A stretch of 64,000 bases of DNA from Octopus vulgaris (taxonomy: Eukaryota), in the NCBI GenBank assembly GCA_951406725.2, contig OX597815.1, positions 197,346,001 to 197,410,000 of the forward strand, read 5' to 3'. Within the stretch, counting starts at the first letter, position 1. Each line of letters starts with the position of its first letter. The translations under genes and the position numbers were made by a program. The notes below the pieces were generated by a model. That model was not told the DNA's origin. It was given only the letters and a program-made list of their open reading frames with translations, and searched no databases. Of this stretch, positions 56,988 through 64,000 are shown in pieces.

Positions 56988-57287
56988 AGGCGGCGAGCTG
57001 GCAGAAACGTTAGCACGCCGGGCGAAATGCGTAACCGTATTTTGTCTCCCGTTACGTTCTGATTTCACATTCCGCCGAGGTCGACTTTGCCATTCATCCT
57101 TTCGGGGTCGATTAAATAAGTACAAGTTACGCACTGCGGTCCATATAATCGACTTAATCCATTTGTCTGTCCTTGTTTGTCCTCTCTATGTTAAGCCCCT
57201 TGTGGGTAGTAAAGAAACAGAAATAGGAATTTCGTCTGCCACTACGTTCTGAGTTCAAATTCTGCCAAGAACGACTTTGCCTTCATC
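56988..57287 (+). mobile_element. SINE family A, full copy plus partial second copy
   Basis: GGCGGCGAGCTGGCAGAAACGTTAGCACGCCGGG head through CCCCTTGTGGGTAGTAAAGAAA tail. Confidence 0.9.
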
Positions 57288-57336
<49 letters not shown>

Positions 57337-57341
<5 letters not shown>

Positions 57342-57556
57342 TATATTAAATTAGAGACAAAACCACTATTATGCAAATCAAACAAAGAAAGACTTAAGCC
57401 AATACATAAATTAACTTATATTATTTAGAAATGTAACAATTATTAATTAATAATTGTTACATTTCTAAATAATATAAATTAATTTATGTATTGGCTTAAG
57501 TCTTTCTTTGTTTGATTTGCATAATAGTGGTTTTGTCTCTAATTTAATATAATATA
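57337..57556. repeat. Spacer-less 220-bp palindrome within (TA)n
   Basis: Centre at 57446/57447. One mismatch seen in the 110-bp arms. Confidence 0.92.
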
Positions 57557-57638
57557 ATATTTTACTATAAAATTGGATTCAATCCTAAATCTGATTTTTC
57601 CCTGTAAGTTTGGATTTATTCCCTAATATTTATTATTA

Positions 57639-57686
<48 letters not shown>

Positions 57687-57830
57687 TGAGTGTATTTTTA
57701 CCTTGTTAACAATTAACACGGAAAAATAAATAAATAGTTACCAGGGCAGCAAAAATCTCACAAGTAAAGATGTTGTAACTCCTTGTTTATAAAGGTTGAA
57801 ACTTCGTGTTTACGTCGAATATTTTGAATA

Positions 57831-57926
57831 ATATGAATAAAAAATGGAGTTAACGCATGTTTAAACAAGTATTTTTACTTTCGACTACACTTGTTTAAAC
57901 CTGCGTTAACTCCATTTTTATTCATA
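57831..57926. repeat. Inverted repeat (~40-bp arms) abutting (TA)n
   Basis: ATGAATAAAAAATGGAGTTAACGCATGTTTAAACAAGT / ACTTGTTTAAACCTGCGTTAACTCCATTTTTATTCAT. Confidence 0.88.
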
Positions 57927-57950
57927 TATATATATATATATATACATATA

Positions 57951-58862
57951 TATTGGTCACCCCATAAATAATGCAGTTTTTTCAAATGCATGAAATAAAG
58001 CCGGGTGTGTGTGCAGAAGAAACTACCTGCATCAATTTGCCATGTAAGCCGGTAGAAATTTCACCTTCTACTTATTCTTAATGCAAGTTTGAAAAGTGCA
58101 GTTAGATTTTAACAGTTAGATTTTCAAAGTTGTAATGGATATAACAAAGGAGCATATTCGGCATATTTTGCTTTATGAGTTCAATAAAGGCAACAACGCA
58201 ACGGAAAGTGCGAGGAATATTAATGGAGTATATGTGGATCGGACAATAAGCGTAAGTTAATGTCAACCTTCTTTCCAGAAATTCCAGGCCAAAACCTACA
58301 TCCTAGAAGATGTGCTTCATCCTGGAAGATCCCCAGAGCTTGACAAGGATGACCTGCAAACCCTGGTGGAACAAAATTCTATCGTAACTCCTGAGGAAAT
58401 AGCAGAGATTTGGTCACTCAACCAGTTTTTTAAGCCAGCGCTAGAAGGAAAACAACCATTGGTTTCAAGACGAAAGGTGTTCTATCGGGAGAATGCACGG
58501 CCACATACAGCGAGGATGACAATCCAAAGGCTGAAATAGTTTGAATGGGAAACAAGGCCCCACCCGCCATATTGGCCGGACATTGCCACATCTGATTATC
58601 ATTTATTCCGCAGTCTTCAAAATCATTTAGACGGAAAAAAAATAGGAATAATTTGTAGACGTGGTCAGAACAGTACTGGAGGAGTATTTTTCGTCACAGA
58701 CAAGGGAATTTTGGAAAAGAGGCCTTTTGAGTCTACTAGATGGATGGAAGAGCAGTGGGGAAAGTAATGGAGAGTATCTTTTAGATTAAAAAAAGAACTT
58801 TTTTTCTTAATTTTGAAAATAAAAGCATAAAAAAACGCTTTACTTATGGCGTGACGCATTAT
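57951..58862 (+). mobile_element. mariner transposon, internally deleted
   Basis: TIRs GTCACCCCATAAATAATGC.GTTTTTT / AAAAAACGCTTTACTTATGGCGTGAC. Frames give KEHIRHILLYEFNKG, ENARPHTA and HPPYWPDIATSDYHLFRSLQN. Confidence 0.9.
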
Positions 58863-59732
58863 ATACGCACACGTACACACACGCACACACACATATATGT
58901 ATATAGGTATGTATGTATAACACGCAATCTATAATTATCTATGCAAAATGAGACTATTTCCCTGTGTAATATTTTGACCTGGCGTAATTGATATTTTATT
59001 TTTGGTTTAAATTCATAGGTTTCGCGTTGCATAAACTGATAATTGCTTTGTATTAGAGTGAAGTAGAATGCATATTTAACGCGTTCACATGAAACAAAGA
59101 GCAAATTAACGTTCCCTATAATTATACTAGTAATATATTATTTGTCTGTATGCAAAAGTATGTTATTGCACACAAACAAACCGATTTCATAAATACATGC
59201 ACACACACACACACACACATACACACATATATATATGCATATATTCGCACATATCGATGTATGTATAGAAGGGGATATGTTAAAAGTTAGTGAAAGTTAT
59301 CGAATTGTTAACTGGCTGAGAAGCAAGAATCTTATTAACATATAATCTAACAATACGGAGCAGAAGCAAGTACCGGCTTGGAATACAATTGCTATTATTT
59401 GGTGCTTGTTGAACGGCAATTGAAATTATGTTTATAGAAAGCATCTACGAGTTTCATAATAATAATCTAAGCAAATCCTTGTACAGTGTCACGCGGCAGT
59501 AATACTCATAAACATAATCATATTTTCTGAATATTTATGTGCTTCTGTTATCTTATTGTTATATTTTTGTTATTGTATACTTAACATATATGTAAGTTTA
59601 CTCATATAATTATGTTATAATTGCAACTTCATGTTTTGTCAAGAAGCTAGCGTGCATTAATAATCGCTAATTATAGCCTGTGTCATCCACCAAATATATA
59701 TGTATAAATGTATGTATGTATGTATGTATGTA

Positions 59733-59774
<42 letters not shown>

Positions 59775-60001
59775 TACATATATATATACATATATATATA
59801 TACATGTATATATATATATATGTGTATATATATATATATATTTATATATATATACACATACATATATATATGTATATATATATATATATATATATTTGCA
59901 TATGTATATATATATATATTTGCATATGTATATATATATATATGTATTTGTATATATATATACATACATCTATATATGTATATGTATATATTTGCATATG
60001 C

Positions 60002-60044
<43 letters not shown>

Positions 60045-60399
60045 AAATATATACATACATGCAGATATATACACATATATATATAAACCCATAACAATAA
60101 AATAGGAAAGAAAATGAAAAAAAAACTCCTGAATATGGACATGTAGCTTAAAAGTATTAGATTCCTTGGAGATTTCTATCAATCATATGTTATAATTATC
60201 CCTGGGGTGACATTCATGAGGTCCTGGAAATATTATTCTACATATTTCTTTAATTCGTAGTTAGTGATTTATATTATATCATGCTTCTCATAAAGTTTCA
60301 TTACGTGAATTAATAAATTGCGCGCGCGTGTGTGTGTTTGTGTGTGTGTATTAATATAAACATAAACAGAAACACACACACATATACTAAGACACACGC

Positions 60400-61017
60400 A
60401 TCATTTATGAGGAAAACGGACGATGGATTTAGCTAAAATCTTTATTCACCACGACGATCGTTTTGACCCATCCTACAGCTGTCGTTTTGGGGTTGGATAT
60501 TGTGCATCTATTTGTCTTACATCAAACACTGCAGACTGTGCTACTTCTGGTATTGATGTGAAAACATATCTCACTAGATACACCAAGTTCTCTTCGGCAA
60601 GTTGTTCACGCTCATTCACCGTGGGTACATTTGACAGAGGGTAGAATAATTTTGGGGTTGTAACCTTCAAATGGGAATGGCAGTTGTTGACAGTGAATAT
60701 ATAAGAGAAATTATAATTATGATTTTAGAGGACAATGCTTGTCAAAGAAAGTTAAAATGGAGACGGATGGGTATACACTCTTTGACATGATCACATATAT
60801 AGACGTACACACATACACACATACACATACGCAGACTCACACATACACGCCATGTACGTGTGTCCCAGAGTGACTATGATTTTATGTGGTCATATTAAGA
60901 TGGTGGTATTAGAGGCAAACATCTAACGAACAAGGATAACCGTTCGTTAGTAGGTTGGTTCGACGGACACGCTCACACGTAGATAAATATTTATATACAT
61001 ATATACATAGACGCACA

Positions 61018-61091
<74 letters not shown>

Positions 61092-61455
61092 CATGTAAAA
61101 TAGTGTATACCCGTCCTTCTTCATTTTAACTTTCTTTCACAAGCTCTATTCTCTATCCGTGATAGTTTTAATTTATCTTATGTTCACCGTCCACTATAAT
61201 CAGTCCCCTCTGCGTGTTATAACCCCCAAATTCTTCTGTTCTTTGTCAGTGTACCCACGTACAACGAACTCGGACAATATGCCACGGAGAACTCAATATA
61301 TCTAGTTGGATTATACCAAGAACCTGAATGACACAGCCTGCACAACTAGACGCACATATCCCGTCCCTAAGGTACACCAGCAGGATGGCTCAAAACGATC
61401 GTCGTGTTGAATAATGATTCCTACTCAATCCATTTTCCGTTTCCCTCATCAATTA
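60400..61455. repeat. Large degenerate fold-back (~400-bp arms)
   Basis: CACGACGATCGTTTTGACCCATCCT mirrors AGGATGGCTCAAAACGATCGTCGTG. AAAGAAAGTTAAAATG..GGGTATACACT mirrors AGTGTATACCC..CATTTTAACTTTCTTT. Confidence 0.8.
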
Positions 61456-61859
61456 TTAACTCAGCAAACACTACGGATTTTCTGACGCAGTTCCAGTGAA
61501 AATTATATCGTAACTGTAGGTGACATCAGAAAGCTCAAACGGTCAATGTACTTTCATCGGTGTACTAATAGACATATATAAGGTGTGAATAGACACCAAT
61601 ATCTATATACTCACGTAAGTATATATTGTGTAACTAGTCGAAGCGATCTATTTTCTCATTCCTTCATTTGATTTGCATCATTATGTTTCTCTCTGTCTGT
61701 CTGTCTCTGTTTCTCTCTCTCTCTCTGTGTATATATATATACTGAGAAAAAATAGGAGGTCGCCAGAATTTTGGAAAAAAAATGTTATTATCTATTCATT
61801 ATTATTAGCGCTGTCGTTCATCTTCGAACCTGTAAAATAATATTCTGAAAGTGCAATCA

Positions 61860-62580
61860 GGTTGTTCATACATGTAAATTAATTGTTTTTTGTTTTGTTT
61901 CTTAGAGGGGAACATTGTTTTTAGTTTTTTGTTTGTTTTTATGGCTGAGTTTCCAGGACAATGGAGATACATAGATAGATATATACGTAGACAAATAGAT
62001 AGAGAGAGGGATAAAGGAGGGATTTCTTTTCAATTTGGAACGTATTTAACATTCATCCATTTATTTATTTATTCATTTAGTTTCTTTTACCATTGTATAC
62101 CTATTGACATGAGTTCAAGGATGGTGACCTCTCCAAGATGTCAGTTTTAGGGATGGGGAAAATAATGAAAAAAGGATGGAGCACGGTCCGCACTGAAAGC
62201 ATTTTTTTTTAATGCTTTCAGTGATGAACGCACGCCATCCTATTTCATTATTTTCCACATCCTAAAACTGACATCTTGGAGAGGTCACCATCCTTGAACT
62301 CATGTCAATAGGTATACAATGATAAAAAATTAAATAAATGAATAAATGAATAAATGAATAATGATAAATACATTCCAGATTGAAAAGAAATCCATCCTCC
62401 CTATCTCTACCTATCTATCTTTCTGTCTACCTATCTGTCTATCTATCTATTTGTCTGTCTGTCTCTCTCCATTGTCCTGGAACCTCACCCATAGAAACAT
62501 AAAAAAGGAAAAAAAAAAAAATGTTCCCCTCTTCTAAACAAAAGAAACAGAAACATTTGATTTATATAAATGAACAACGT
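61860..62580. repeat. Large hairpin/palindrome (~350-bp arms, T7 loop)
   Basis: Centre near 62207. 62091-62151 is the exact reverse complement of about 62260-62321. Confidence 0.9.
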
Positions 62581-62736
62581 TTTTCCACATTCACAATATT
62601 ATTTGACAAGTTCGAAGACGCACGAAAGCGCCAATAATAATGAATAAATAATAAATCTTGTTTTCAAAATTTTGGCGACCTCCTTTTTTCTCAATATACA
62701 ATATCTGTACGCCATGTCCAACACTCTACACACACA

Positions 62737-62810
<74 letters not shown>

Positions 62811-62816
62811 TACACA

Positions 62817-63187
62817 CGGACGACGGCGCCGTGGAGATCTCATTCTTGCTCACGACATCATAAGCGGAAAGTGTAACCTCTCGAAAGAGCTGTTCTTCAC
62901 TCCTGCTCCAGAGCGTCGGCTGCGGGGTCATTCCGAAAAGCTCTATCTGCGACGATTTCATCTCAATCGAAGGAGACGGTTTTCTCCGTCCGGTTTGCGG
63001 ATCCGTGGAACAAGCTGCCAGACGAGATGGTGAAGATGCCGACGACCGCTCGGTTCAAAGTTTCCCTTGACCTCAAGTAGCCTGAACTCTTTACATGAAC
63101 ACCACCCTCTACATAACTCCATCTCGCCTTACATGGCCTTGCTTTTTGCTTTTTGAGCCAAAAAATTAACTAACTAACTAACTAACG
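62817..63187 (+). mobile_element. CR1-type LINE 3' end with (TAAC)n tail
   Basis: RRRRGDLILAHDII..LRGHSEKL..PWNKLPDEMV..RFKVSLD is a typical CR1 ORF2 C-terminus. Confidence 0.85.
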
Positions 63188-63214
63188 TACACACACATAT
63201 TTAATTTTTTTATA

Positions 63215-63574
63215 GGTTATAGCCAGAGCCTGAGGCCGATCTGCTGCACCGCCTTTACTACATCCAGGGACTTTTCCATTATTACTTCTGGTGAAGTCGC
63301 GAGTTGGACGTTACCACTACTTCGTGCCTCCTGCCGCGTTGTGGTTCCATCCGGTATTGCAGATGAAAAATTGTGTCGATGTATTTTGAAGACATCCATG
63401 TCCACACCTTGCAAAATTCTGATGTTCTGTGGTAGTGCATTAAAAATTTGTGGTCCCTTTACTCCTAAACTATTACAATATTGGGTTCGCATCCTCGATG
63501 GGGGAAGATGGGACCTTTTGTAGGGTGCAGTGCCGCCCAGTTCGGGATTGTTGGAGATTTCGATTCCAAAATTA

Positions 63575-63578
<4 letters not shown>
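63215..63578 (-). mobile_element. CR1-group LINE ORF2 C-terminal fragment
   Basis: NSLGVKGPQIFNALPQNIR..VDMDVFK..FSSAIPD. Confidence 0.65.
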
Positions 63579-63617
<39 letters not shown>

Positions 63618-63681
63618 GACTAAACACGTAAATGTGAAACAAGGTGGAAAAAAGAGTACTCAAATACCAGGGGTAGAATAA

Positions 63682-63771
63682 TATGCTTTATTTAAAAGCA
63701 GTAGAAAATTCAACGAAACCTATTACTCTGAGTAACAGGTTTTGTTGAATTGTCTGCTGCTTTTAAATAAA

Positions 63772-63777
<6 letters not shown>
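63682..63777. repeat. Inverted repeat (~47-bp arms) abutting (TA)n
   Basis: CTTTATTTAAAAGCAGTAGAAAATTCAACGAAACCTATTACT / AGTAACAGGTTTTGTTGAATTGTCTGCTGCTTTTAAATAAAG. Confidence 0.88.
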
Positions 63778-63818
<41 letters not shown>

Positions 63819-64000
63819 TACAGACATGAAAGAAGTTAATAGACACCCTTATAACCATTAAGATTTATTTAAAACTGAAATTATACATTCAAAATATTTG
63901 TTAGTTGTTATAATGTGAACATTTAATATTTAGTAGACATGCTCTTTGCATTCTTTAATGGAAGGACCCTACAATGCATGTCATTGATCAGATGGTGAAT

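Overview
AT-rich, microsatellite-dense eukaryotic DNA. The SINE families and microsatellite load resemble an Octopus/cephalopod genome (inference, not a database result). No host protein-coding exon could be supported, and nearly all listed ORFs are translations of simple repeats. The window is a retroelement/transposon graveyard: two (AAT)n-flanked Dong/R4-type LINEs, Penelope-like elements (Neptune- and Naiad-like) with hammerhead-ribozyme motifs, an ORF1-only L1/Tx1-like element inside an 84-bp satellite, CR1-group 3' ends, Tc1/mariner relics, two 8-bp-TSD MITEs, two non-autonomous Helitrons, three tRNA-like SINE families (about 28 copies) and one 5S rRNA copy abutting a SINE tail. The main things worth a second look are a near-canonical minimal hammerhead at 669-713 plus several variant ones, recurring asymmetric hairpins inside (TA)n tracts, one SINE head carrying four different tails, and several long fold-back repeats. 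Alignments were done by eye, so boundaries of degenerate elements are approximate.
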